DNA of 64,000 nucleotides from Clostridia bacterium (GTDB lineage Bacteria; Bacillota; Clostridia; TANB77; RGIG9151): NCBI GenBank assembly GCA_017934955.1, contig JAGBIO010000024.1, positions 14,550 to 78,549 of the forward strand, read 5' to 3'. Shown piece by piece: positions 63,950 to 64,000 of this stretch (position 1 is its first letter; each line of letters starts with the position of its first letter). The notes under the pieces were generated by a model. It saw only the letters and a program-made list of their open reading frames with translations, ran no database searches and was not told where the DNA came from. The position numbers and the translations under genes were made by a program.

Positions 63950-64000
63950 TTGGACAAGGAAATTAGTATCTTAATCGCTGATGATAATAAAGAGTTTACA
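63950..64000 (+). CDS. Response-regulator receiver domain, N-terminal 17 aa only (Spo0A-like); the gene continues beyond the window
   Basis: A TTG start after the GAGGGGG RBS, translating LDKEISILIADDNKEFT, closely resembles clostridial Spo0A N-termini (KISVLIADDNKEF). Confidence 0.4.
   Translation, partial: MDKEISILIADDNKEFT

Noticed and set aside
1-64000. rRNA and tRNA genes
   Set aside because: No region shows the conserved tRNA cloverleaf signatures (GTTCGAATC-like T-loops with matching acceptor stems) or rRNA-like conserved blocks. All large intergenic gaps are accounted for by repeats or origin sequence.

Overview
This 64 kb window is low-GC chromosomal DNA from an anaerobic, endospore-forming Firmicute (Clostridia-like). 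The markers are spoIIR, a Spo0A-like regulator, SLH-domain S-layer proteins, class III ribonucleotide reductase NrdDG, FabV and a trimeric bifurcating [FeFe] hydrogenase. It spans the chromosomal replication origin: dnaA-dnaN-recF on the minus strand, with DnaA-box clusters on both sides of dnaA and an AT-rich unwinding element between dnaA and dnaN. Most genes are housekeeping: gpsA/plsY/der, glmU, rpsF-ssb-rpsR, nrdDG, an MtaB-like methylthiotransferase, galU, a phosphohexomutase (pgm), prfA, rqcH, htrA, pcrA and yigZ. Accessory content is a single-module NRPS (C-A-T-R) translationally overlapping a sensor histidine kinase, and an AT-rich AlbA_2/Schlafen-like island gene. There is also a tightly coupled pair of uncharacterised coiled-coil genes, a 1067-aa surface protein packed with Cys/His repeats, and a Zn-uptake cluster (ZnuA/ZnuC-like plus a ZIP permease). 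The dominant unexplained signal is repeats. About 40 stem-loop elements sit in almost every intergenic gap. All begin with 5'-(T)GTAG(G) followed by a perfect palindrome, often as inverted doublets, with four stem-sequence families that keep the palindrome through compensatory changes. This closely mirrors proteobacterial REP/BIME/REPIN elements mobilised by RAYT transposases, but no RAYT gene lies in the window. A second ~140 bp composite repeat occurs three times, one copy interrupted by a nested insertion. There is also a separate cluster of perfect DnaA boxes ~10 kb from dnaA, a perfect 24-bp tandem repeat (5 full copies plus partial units) next to a Cys-codon-rich low-complexity stretch, a ~210 bp element with 35-40 bp perfect terminal inverted repeats, putative NrdR boxes and a putative rpsF (S6:S18) leader. 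No rRNA, tRNA or CRISPR array was seen.
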